Below, one piece after another: positions 39,487 to 46,923 of a stretch of DNA of 64,000 nucleotides. A program made the translations under genes and the position numbers. The DNA is from an uncultured bacterium (GTDB lineage Bacteria; Bacillota; Clostridia; Lachnospirales; Lachnospiraceae), in contig CAMWUN010000009.1 of assembly GCA_947177425.1 (NCBI GenBank), positions 14,254 to 78,253 of the forward strand, in the 5' to 3' direction. Below the pieces are notes generated by a model, which was not told the DNA's origin, ran no database searches, and was given only the letters and a program-made list of their open reading frames with translations. Numbering within the stretch: position 1 is the stretch's first letter; every line of letters begins with the position of its first letter.

Positions 39487-40002
39487 TTAAACCTGCTTAT
39501 CCCCTTTCTTTTCTGCGGTCTCTCTGGCCGCTTTGGCGGCTGCGCGCTTGGCTTTCCTCTCCGCTCGCCTGCGTTCTTCCTCTGCCTCCCGCTCATCCAG
39601 TCTGCGGAGGCGTGCTTCTGTGTATCTGTCAATAAGCTGTCCGCCCCTGCTCTCATTATGGGCTTTTATGATATGCAAATAATTATGCTCTTGTACCAAT
39701 TTTAGGAAGCCGGTCTTATAAAAGTATTCAGTGAATGGACGTTCATCATTACACGCACCCCAGCCACTGTAATCCCTGCCAATTTCAAAATATGCCCTTT
39801 TCTCCCTACATTCATTAATAAATGCCGCTGCCCATTCTCCAAAAAGCTCTACTGCCCTGTAAAAAGGGACTGCATCATCACTCCCGATTAAGACAGCCTC
39901 CCCCTCAAAAAGTTCCACTGCTGCCGCTTTGTTTAACACTTCGTCTATCAATTTTCCATTTCCTTTCTTTACATGAGGCAGCAGGCATGATATACTGCCC
40001 AC
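39487..40002 (-). CDS. Hypothetical protein with charged helical C-terminus (true start probably near 39950-39960)
   Basis: ORF track; a Shine-Dalgarno-like AAAGAAAGGA at 39961-39970 suggests the first ~14 codons are not translated. Confidence 0.55.
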   Translation of the reverse strand: MGSISCLLPHVKKGNGKLIDEVLNKAAAVELFEGEAVLIGSDDAVPFYRAVELFGEWAAAFINECREKRAYFEIGRDYSGWGACNDERPFTEYFYKTGFLKLVQEHNYLHIIKAHNESRGGQLIDRYTEARLRRLDEREAEEERRRAERKAKRAAAKAARETAEKKGDKQV

Positions 40003-40086
40003 ATACCCCTAATTTACTTGTTACCGGGTTACCGCCCTTATCAATGCGTCACCATTGGTAAGGGCATTTTTATGTCTTTTTTGCTT

Positions 40087-40518
40087 TCATGCTGTAATGC
40101 TTACCAATGCACCAAACGACTCTTTATAGGCATATCCTCCGATGATCCTTGTTTCGGCTTTCAGTTCCATGCCACTATCAAGTACCGCTGCAATGCTCTG
40201 GGCTATGCCCTTTGGCAGATATCCTATATGTGCATACCCAATACTTTTTATGCCGATCACCACAGCTACCGCATATTTGTCAAATGCGTTTGCCCTGTCG
40301 CGTCTAAGGTAAGTGGTAAACTCTTCCGGCTTCCTCCCTGCTATGAACTGCAGTAACTCCTGTCTGTTATCAAAAGTAACGCCCTGGGCCTTTACGGACA
40401 TACCTTCCTTGATTCTTTTCCATGCCGTCTTAAATGCCTTGGAAAGGGAGTACCCAAGTTTGTGTAGCTGGTTCGCTATCGTTGTCACCGCCTTTCTTAT
40501 CTTTGTGATTTGTTCCAT
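40087..40518 (-). CDS. Stand-alone HIRAN-domain protein
   Basis: GVTFDNRQ..L...LRRDRANAFDKYAVAV...IGYLPK..A..IA..LD pattern is characteristic of HIRAN. Confidence 0.78.
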   Translation of the reverse strand: MEQITKIRKAVTTIANQLHKLGYSLSKAFKTAWKRIKEGMSVKAQGVTFDNRQELLQFIAGRKPEEFTTYLRRDRANAFDKYAVAVVIGIKSIGYAHIGYLPKGIAQSIAAVLDSGMELKAETRIIGGYAYKESFGALVSITA

Positions 40519-40680
40519 ATCCTGTACCTCTTTCTTTCATTTATGTTTATATTATAAATGTTTATATTTAAATTGCCAATGCATTAATTTAAACTTTTTT
40601 ATTTACTTTTTTCACGTACCTATTGTATTTTTAAACACTTTCATTTATAATATAGATAGATTGAAAGAGAGGTGACCACT

Positions 40681-40896
40681 TTGGCAGTATCAGAACAAAT
40701 CAAAATCCTATGTGTAAAATTGAATATCAGCGTTTCAGAATTGGCACGTTTATGTAATACCAGCCCGCAAGCATTTAGCCAGAAAATGAAACGTGAGGGA
40801 TTTACTCCTGCCGATTTAAAGAAAGTAGCAAAAGCGGCAGGGTGCAAATATGAAGGCTCGTTTATTCTACCTGATGGCGATAGGGTAACAGATTAA
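40681..40896 (+). CDS. Small XRE-family helix-turn-helix protein (TTG start)
   Basis: IKILCVKLNISVSELARLCNTSPQAFSQKM HTH; GAGAGGTG RBS; divergent from the HIRAN gene. Confidence 0.75.
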   Translation: MAVSEQIKILCVKLNISVSELARLCNTSPQAFSQKMKREGFTPADLKKVAKAAGCKYEGSFILPDGDRVTD

Positions 40897-41037
40897 GTGA
40901 AATAACAATGAAAGAGCATGGGCGAAAGCATGAACTCTTTTGTTATTCGGGCCATTGCGAAACCATTGAACATGACAACCAAAAAGAATAGCCACTACCA
41001 TAAACGAATACAATAACCATGAAAGGAAGTGCACATT

Positions 41038-41259
41038 ATGAGCAACCGTGAATTAGCAAAACAACTAATAGACCAGATACCCGAAAGCAAGATGTATTAT
41101 ATCGTCTCATACCTGCAGGGAGCAGCAGTCCCGGAAGAAACGCCCAACGCGGAAACTCTGGAAGCAATGGCCGAGGTACAGGATATGATTGAAAGCGGTA
41201 CCGGGGAACATTTCAGCGGCCCGACTTCTGATTTCCTTGCCATGCTGGCGGAGGGATAA
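41038..41259 (+). CDS. Putative antitoxin with DinJ/RelB-like C-terminus
   Basis: PNAETLEAMAE...F...SDFL resembles the DinJ toxin-binding tail; ends 3 bp before the toxin gene. Confidence 0.72.
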   Translation: MSNRELAKQLIDQIPESKMYYIVSYLQGAAVPEETPNAETLEAMAEVQDMIESGTGEHFSGPTSDFLAMLAEG

Positions 41260-41262
41260 GCC

Positions 41263-41535
41263 ATGTTGAGATTAAATACCTCCACCAGATTTAAACGGGA
41301 TTTTAAGCTGTGCCTGAAACGTGGGTATGACATACAGCTTCTTGAGGCTGTCATTGACACCCTGCGTATTCCCAGGCCACTTCCGGCAAAGAACCGGGAC
41401 CATAAGCTGTCTGGCAACCATTCGGGAGAGAAGGAATGTCATATCGCCCCGGACTGGCTTCTGATTTACCGTATCAGTGATGATGAATTATATCTTGTCC
41501 GTACAGGTACACATGCCGATCTGCTCAATATGTAA
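41263..41535 (+). CDS. yafQ: YafQ-family (RelE superfamily) mRNA interferase toxin
   Basis: FKRDFK, RDHKLSG, ECHIAPDWLLIY and RTGTHADL motifs. Confidence 0.9.
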   Translation: MLRLNTSTRFKRDFKLCLKRGYDIQLLEAVIDTLRIPRPLPAKNRDHKLSGNHSGEKECHIAPDWLLIYRISDDELYLVRTGTHADLLNM

Positions 41536-41866
41536 TAATCATTGTACCGGAGTTTCCGACTTCAAACCGGGAAACTGACACCAATATTGTTGTGAGAGGC
41601 AGCAGGCGTCACATTTACTCTTCCCCAATTATGGGGGTATGTATTGTGCCCTGCTGCCGTCCTGCATGATTTGGGGACGAAGTCTATGACGAAAGATCCA
41701 GTGCGTACGATTCAGTTTTGCGGGTCACACGGATGCAGAGGGCAAACTGCCCTGACTATCCAAAGCTGGAAAAGCATTTGATATCTTAAAGCCCACCCTA
41801 CAGGGAGTTCTGACTATTTATGGACGGGTTCCCTCTGTCCTCCCCGTAATGTTCTGCCAAAAGCTG

Positions 41867-42003
41867 TTGTGGCCTGCTGCCAGATATGCTATATTAGACG
41901 GGAAAGGGAACGCCACGGAAGCGGCCTGTCCCTGAAATATATTTCAACGTCACCCTCTTACGAGGCTGGCCGTCACTATTCGCAGTAGTGGCGGCTGTTT
42001 TTT
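41867..42003 (+). ncRNA. Candidate ~100-nt small RNA (promoter + terminator, no ORF)
   Basis: TTGTGG(41867)-N17-TATATT(41890) with extended TG; terminator GCCGTCACTA-N7-TAGTGGCGGC-TGTTTTTT at 41969-42003. Confidence 0.4.
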
Positions 42004-42168
42004 CGTCCTCCTTTACACATCGTGCATCTCCTTACAGAGCATTTGTAATAATTAATTGATTTTTAAAGCCAATTTCGCATTTTACCCCCTTACCCTTATA
42101 AAGTTCTACCCTACATCGTTTTAAGCCCGATTTGCTCATTTTCAAGCCCTGCTATAAGGAATTTCAAA

Positions 42169-42621
42169 CTACTTCCGCTTAAATCTCTCTGCCATCGCTT
42201 TACGCTGTTCCTCCGAAAGCCGTTTTGCCGGGCTAATCTTTATCCACGCTACCGGAATATGGGCGCACATGCTGCCGTCTGTATTTTCTGCAACAATCTG
42301 ACATTCCTCCGGGTGCCCTGCTGCCAGTTTCTTTATGCGGCTCTTATACCGCTCTTGTGAGAAAGAAACAGTTGCCCTCTCGCTGTTCTTGCTGAATTCA
42401 ATCACGTTTTCTATATTGCCGGTTATTTCCGGCAGCAGGATTTCACCCACTGTTACGCCAATGGCATCTGCTATTCTTTCCGCTGCGCTCTTGGATGCGT
42501 CACAACCTTTCATAATCCACTGGAAAGACTTTTGATAAAGCCCCGTCCTGCTGCATATTGTTTCTTCTGTCAGTTTCCTCTTCACCATGGTTTCCATAAT
42601 CTTTTTGCTGTTCAGTCTCAT
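42169..42621 (-). CDS. Hypothetical protein: N-terminal XRE-like HTH fused to a phage-type domain
   Basis: N-terminal ..LTEETICSRTGL......IM...ASKSAAERIADAIGVTVGEIL; C-terminal ENVIEF...RATVSFSQ..YKSRIKKLA..HPEEC. Confidence 0.65.
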   Translation of the reverse strand: MRLNSKKIMETMVKRKLTEETICSRTGLYQKSFQWIMKGCDASKSAAERIADAIGVTVGEILLPEITGNIENVIEFSKNSERATVSFSQERYKSRIKKLAAGHPEECQIVAENTDGSMCAHIPVAWIKISPAKRLSEEQRKAMAERFKRK

Positions 42622-43099
42622 ATTGTACCTTTCCTTCCCCGACTTACCGCCGTTACCTTAACACCTGTCTGTACTGTACTTTCCATGTCTGCCCCTGCCA
42701 ACGACCGTTTTAAATCTTAGCATTTCTTAGCATCCCTGAACCGGCTTTTCTCCACAATTTCCCCTGCCTCCGCATGCCTCAAACACTGATACAGACGGGA
42801 AATATTTATCATTGCATGCCAGCCGCTATTGTATGCAACGTTGCGTTTCAAAAATGCAACGTTGCAATCAGGACAGGGCATAAAAGAACTGTATTCCCGG
42901 ACGTTTCCCGCATGGCCCCCTGTTTTAACCTTAGCATTTTAGTATCACCAAACCGGATTTTCCCCACTGTCTTACCTGCCTCCACATGCTTCAGACACTG
43001 ATGCGGGCGGGGGTGCCATTACCATGCCGCCCCTATTGACTGAATGTTGTACAACATTGCAACCGGGAAAGCCCTTTAAAGGACTATAGCCCCCACTGA

Positions 43100-43215
43100 T
43101 ACGGTTCAACGCCATCATTTCCCCACTTGTGGCCCTGCCGGGGTTGCTGTCCGGGTGATACATTTTAGACAGCGCGCGGTAAAACTTTTTCAGGATGGCC
43201 TTTTCAGCTTCATCA
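43100..43215 (-). pseudogene. J-domain (DnaJ-like HPD) remnant
   Basis: EKAILKKFYRALSKMYHPDSNPG...EMMALN lies within ORF 42972-43283; the flanking translation looks non-native. Confidence 0.55.
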
Positions 43216-43245
43216 TCGCCTCTGTGGCAGCAGGGCATACCAGAT

Positions 43246-44186
43246 TCATTTCCCCGCAGTGCTGCTGCCCCATGGTGAACCATTTATCTTTTCAAGAAGC
43301 TTCTGCTTTTCCTGCCGCATGATACTCCTTCTTACAGGTTCTTCCGGGAGCTTTACAAAAAACGTTGCACACTCTATCCTGTCTGTTATCCTGTCATTTA
43401 TTTTCAGATGTTCTATGGGTATATTGCTGGTATAGACTGTCGGGAGCCGGTTCACATACCTTTCATTTACCAGCCTGTACAGCACCGTGTCTATCCATTC
43501 TTTTGCCGACATCTGCACGCCGATATCATCCAGTACCAGAAGTCCGGTCCCATAGAGCGCCTTTACATCTTCGTCTTTCCCGTCGAATCCTTTTTTGGTC
43601 ATTTCCAGGAAATCCAGTATATTTACAAACTTTACACTTCCTGTGTATCTTTTGGCGATCTCATTCAGCAGGCAGCAGGACAGCATGGTTTTGCCGCTCC
43701 CCTTTGTGCCGGAATATATGTACAGCCCCATCCCACTATCCCGAAACTCCTGATATCTGGTAATGTAACTGTTGACAAGATTTTTTCGGATGTGGTGTCA
43801 GCCTTATACCTGTCCCATCTGAAATCCCTTCCGTCCAGACCGATAAATTCAAATGGCATCATTGCCCTTATCCTTCTGTACTCCGCCTCACCACTGGTGA
43901 CACCTGCCGGAGGTAAAAATATCTCATACCCTTTCCTGTCTTCCAGAAGGTACCCTTTTTCGGTTACAGAAAGGCATATATCATTAAGTTCATCGTTTGT
44001 CAGGTTCTCCCATCTGGGATAGTCCTTAAGGGCTTTCCGCATGTATATGCGCCTTTCGCTCAATTCTTCCAGATTCATTTCCATGGCCCGGTATGTAAGG
44101 CCGTCTTTTTTCAGCAGCCTGAACCCTGCAAGCTCTTTTCCGCTTAACCCGGCCGTTGCACCGGTGCAACTTCTTTCTTCCATCAT
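43246..44186 (-). pseudogene. DnaC/IstB-like AAA+ helicase loader, split by a 1-nt frameshift at 43781-43786
   Basis: The upstream ORF runs into the downstream frame (NLVNSYITRYQEFRDSGMGLYIYSGTKGSGKT, Walker B LLVLDDIG) if one A is added to an A6 run. Confidence 0.78.
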
Positions 44187-44194
44187 CCTGTCTC

Positions 44195-45013
44195 CTAAAA
44201 TGGCCCGTCCGTGTCTGAAACACTATTTCCACCAAGCCCCTTATACATCTCCTTATACTCCGGCGGGTACTCATATTCCTCCTGCCTCTGATCCTGCTGC
44301 CGCCCGGATGCTTTATACGCGCCGCCCCTGTCCTGTTCCCTTGAAAGCCAGTTATTGATAAAGCGGTCTATCCCCCTTCTGGTTTTCCTGCGTACAGGGT
44401 TTGAGTCAAGCCATGCGGCCATCTTATACAGTTCCTGCTTAATGTCCACCGCCGGATAGGCTCCGCCCCATTTTTCAATCCGCTGTAATGGCACATCATA
44501 GTCCGTACCGTCTATCAGAGGCAGCAGTATCCCACTCAAATCTGCCGCCGGCTGTTCTGGCTCCGGGCATATAGTATTTATACTATACTTATCTATACTA
44601 TACTTACCTATACTAACCTTATCTGGGTTTCCCGCAGGTATGTCGCTTGGTATACCATCCGGTATGCCAGTGGGAAACAACTCATATTTCCCGTTATTAC
44701 TGCACAACATCCCTTTTTCCCTTAAAAATCTGGTTTCCTTATATCTGTCAGTCCTAATGCTGTTATTCTGCTTCCAGTGGCATATAACAATTATCCCGTT
44801 TTCAAAGGGTATCACATATCCCTTTGAAAACAGTATCTTCATATCGTCACTGGAACAATTTGCAATCTTGACAATCCGCCTTGGACTTGAAACGAATCCA
44901 TCATCGTCTGCCCTCATTCCCAAATGGAAGTACAGGCATTGCGCTGAAATAGGCATGTCCAAAAAATTATCCGTATCCACTACATCAAGACTGAACATCC
45001 TTCTGTTTGCCAT
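44195..45013 (-). CDS. Phage-type replication initiator (replisome organiser)
   Basis: MANRRMFSLDVVDTDNFLDMP.SAQCLYFHLGMRADDDGFV N-terminus, typical of Firmicutes phage replisome organisers; internal tandem repeats; precedes the DnaC-like gene. Confidence 0.82.
   Translation of the reverse strand: MANRRMFSLDVVDTDNFLDMPISAQCLYFHLGMRADDDGFVSSPRRIVKIANCSSDDMKILFSKGYVIPFENGIIVICHWKQNNSIRTDRYKETRFLREKGMLCSNNGKYELFPTGIPDGIPSDIPAGNPDKVSIGKYSIDKYSINTICPEPEQPAADLSGILLPLIDGTDYDVPLQRIEKWGGAYPAVDIKQELYKMAAWLDSNPVRRKTRRGIDRFINNWLSREQDRGGAYKASGRQQDQRQEEYEYPPEYKEMYKGLGGNSVSDTDGPF
44577..44621. repeat. Three tandem 15-bp AT-rich repeats inside rep (putative origin)
   Basis: TTTATACTATACTTA / TCTATACTATACTTA / CCTATACTAACCTTA. 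Confidence 0.7.
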
Positions 45014-45029
45014 CTGAACTCCTTTCACA

Positions 45030-45251
45030 TCACAGCGCATTTTTCTTCTGTACTTCATTGCCTGCCAGTCCGTCAAGATATCGCTCTATCCTGTCCACCT
45101 TGTAAAGAACCCTTTTCCCTATCTGGATCCTTGCACCTGCTGCCTCGCCTATTTTTATGGCGGTAGGTCTTCCACAGTCCAGTATCTTAGCGAGTGTTTC
45201 CGCGTTAACTGATACTTTGTTACTGGCTTCCATTGTCCTGGTTTTCCTCAT
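45030..45251 (-). CDS. Small excisionase/Cro-like DNA-binding protein
   Basis: VNAETLAKILDCGRPTAIKI...ARIQIGKRVLYKVDRIERYL winged-HTH pattern; divergent from the repressor. Confidence 0.68.
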   Translation of the reverse strand: MRKTRTMEASNKVSVNAETLAKILDCGRPTAIKIGEAAGARIQIGKRVLYKVDRIERYLDGLAGNEVQKKNAL

Positions 45252-45313
45252 ACTTTGAAATCTCCTTTACATGTTTTGTCTTTATCATTTACTTGTACTG
45301 ATATGTATGATAT

Positions 45314-45396
45314 TATTGTTGCGTAACGTGATTATATCGCAACAATAGTTAGAAGTAAATATTTGTTGCTTATATTTTTATTGATGCAACAAATAT
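45314..45396. promoter_or_regulatory. Paired inverted-repeat operators in the repressor/xis switch
   Basis: TATTGTTGCG-N14-CGCAACAATA (45314-45347) and ATATTTGTTGC-N16-GCAACAAATAT (45359-45396). Confidence 0.65.
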
Positions 45397-45417
45397 ATTC
45401 GCAAGGAGGGATTTCTT

Positions 45418-46086
45418 ATGTTGAGTGAAACAAAAATAAATGAAAATATGCAAATATTTAAAGAGCGGCTAAAGGCTTTACGCGGTAAGAGAAGTCTTCA
45501 AGAGGTTGCCCATGACTTGGGTATATCAAGGGCAACTTTAGGATATTATGAAAACGGAGATAGGAAACCGGATGTTGAAGTATTATTAAAAATTGCATCA
45601 TACTACAATGTTTCCTGTGATTACCTATTAGGTCTAACCGACTGCTTAACACCTGACATTGACAATAGGGCAATTTCGGAAAAAACTGGATTAAGTGAAG
45701 AAGCTGTAGAATACTTATGCTTTTGCAATGATATCGCACATACTGAAACGGATAGTAAGTATGGAAATTATTTCATGCATACAGTTAATTTACTTTTATT
45801 TCCAGAATGTAGATTAGTAGACCAAATATCCGGCTATCTAAACTTCAATTTTGATTTTGCGGCAGAAGTACAGTATAATGAATCCGAACACAATTATGAA
45901 ATATCCTCCAATACCATTTCCCTTGATGCTTTTGCGATTTTTGATAAAAATGGTGCCATGTCAATTCGAGTTAACAGTGAACTTATTAATAAAGCACTAT
46001 TGGTTAACATCCAAAATGAACTTGTGCAAATGAGAAAGCAAATTCTGGAAAGTAAATTATCAAATTGCGGTTTGGATAAAGAATAA
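45418..46086 (+). CDS. XRE-family repressor (HTH + uncharacterised C-terminal domain)
   Basis: FKERLKALRG..SLQEVAHDLGISRATLGYYENGDRKPD....LKIASYYNVSCDYLLG. Confidence 0.88.
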   Translation: MLSETKINENMQIFKERLKALRGKRSLQEVAHDLGISRATLGYYENGDRKPDVEVLLKIASYYNVSCDYLLGLTDCLTPDIDNRAISEKTGLSEEAVEYLCFCNDIAHTETDSKYGNYFMHTVNLLLFPECRLVDQISGYLNFNFDFAAEVQYNESEHNYEISSNTISLDAFAIFDKNGAMSIRVNSELINKALLVNIQNELVQMRKQILESKLSNCGLDKE

Positions 46087-46093
46087 AATTACT

Positions 46094-46117
46094 ATTGGGG
46101 TAAAAATTGGGGTAGAA
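46094..46117. repeat. Putative integrase arm-type sites (right), 2 x 12-bp period
   Basis: ATTGGGGTAAAA / ATTGGGGTAGAA, in the same orientation as the left set. Confidence 0.7.
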
Positions 46118-46172
46118 ACCATTTACCGTAGGCGGAAAGCCTTATAAATAGGGCACTTTTCTCAAAAAAATG

Positions 46173-46184
46173 TATTTATGCAAA
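46173..46184. repeat. Putative attR core
   Basis: TATTTATGCAAA, identical to 37591-37602. Confidence 0.65.
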
Positions 46185-46272
46185 AAGTATATCTTTTATG
46201 TTTTCGGAGAGAATAAAACTGACGATCTTAAAACATAGAGATCTCAAAATGATTTTAATGGAGGTGCCTGAA

Positions 46273-46491
46273 ATGAATAATAAATATTTAGACTGTATTG
46301 CATTGACAATTGCCATTATCGGTGCAGTCAACTGGGGATTAATCGGATTTTTTTCAATTGATCTTGTATCATTTATTTTTGGTAACATGTCCTGGATATC
46401 CAGAATCATTTATGCGGTTGTCGGAGTCAGCGGTCTTTATCTGATTACTTTTTATATGTACACCGGCGGCAGCGCACATGCAAAAGAATAA
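46273..46491 (+). CDS. DUF378 family small membrane protein
   Basis: L.IIGAVNWGLIGFF..DLV..IFG......RIIY.VVG.SGLY pattern; GGAGG RBS. Confidence 0.87.
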   Translation: MNNKYLDCIALTIAIIGAVNWGLIGFFSIDLVSFIFGNMSWISRIIYAVVGVSGLYLITFYMYTGGSAHAKE

Positions 46492-46505
46492 ACAGTTTTA
46501 AAATG

Positions 46506-46538
46506 CCGGACGCCCTGTTGAAAACACAGGGCGTCTGG
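46506..46538. terminator. Bidirectional hairpin between convergent genes
   Basis: CCGGACGCCCTGT-N7-ACAGGGCGTCTGG. Confidence 0.65.
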
Positions 46539-46907
46539 TTATTTCAATTCTTCTATATCCATGCTTCTTCCATCCCGCCAGATCCTTTCCAGATCGTAAA
46601 AAAGACGGTTCTCCTGATCAAAAATATGGACAATAATATCGCCAAAATCAAGCAGCACCCAATTGGCATTTTGATATCCTTCAATTTGCTTTACAGGATA
46701 TCCGGCCTTACCAAGCTTCTCTTCCACTGCATCTGAAAGGGTCTGTATCTGGCTCCGGTTGCTTCCACTTGCTATAATAAAGTAATCGGCAAGCACGCTG
46801 ACCTGGCTGATATCAATGACTCTTATATCCTCCGCTTTTTTATCCTCCATCGCTTCTATTGCCAGTCTGGCCATTTCCTTCACTTTTTCCAAAGAAAAAT
46901 TTCCCAT
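46539..46907 (-). CDS. rsfS: Ribosome silencing factor
   Basis: DKKAEDI, ADYFIIASG, WVLLDFGDIIVHIF and FYDLERIW motifs. Confidence 0.96.
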   Translation of the reverse strand: MGNFSLEKVKEMARLAIEAMEDKKAEDIRVIDISQVSVLADYFIIASGSNRSQIQTLSDAVEEKLGKAGYPVKQIEGYQNANWVLLDFGDIIVHIFDQENRLFYDLERIWRDGRSMDIEELK

Positions 46908-46923
46908 TTTACTCCTCCTGTCT

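Larger units (their letters stand above)
37591..46184. mobile_element. Integrated ~8.6 kb phage-satellite-like element (integrase + phage-type replication module + TA cargo)
   Basis: 12-bp direct repeat TATTTATGCAAA at 37591-37602 and 46173-46184; ATTGGRGTA arm-like repeats just inside both ends; int, xis-like, XRE repressor, rep and DnaC-like genes inside; housekeeping genes on both sides. Confidence 0.8.

Noticed and set aside
37591-46184. ICE/IME or complete prophage interpretation
   Set aside because: No relaxase, coupling protein, T4SS, terminase, portal, capsid, tail or lysis gene is recognisable in 8.6 kb.
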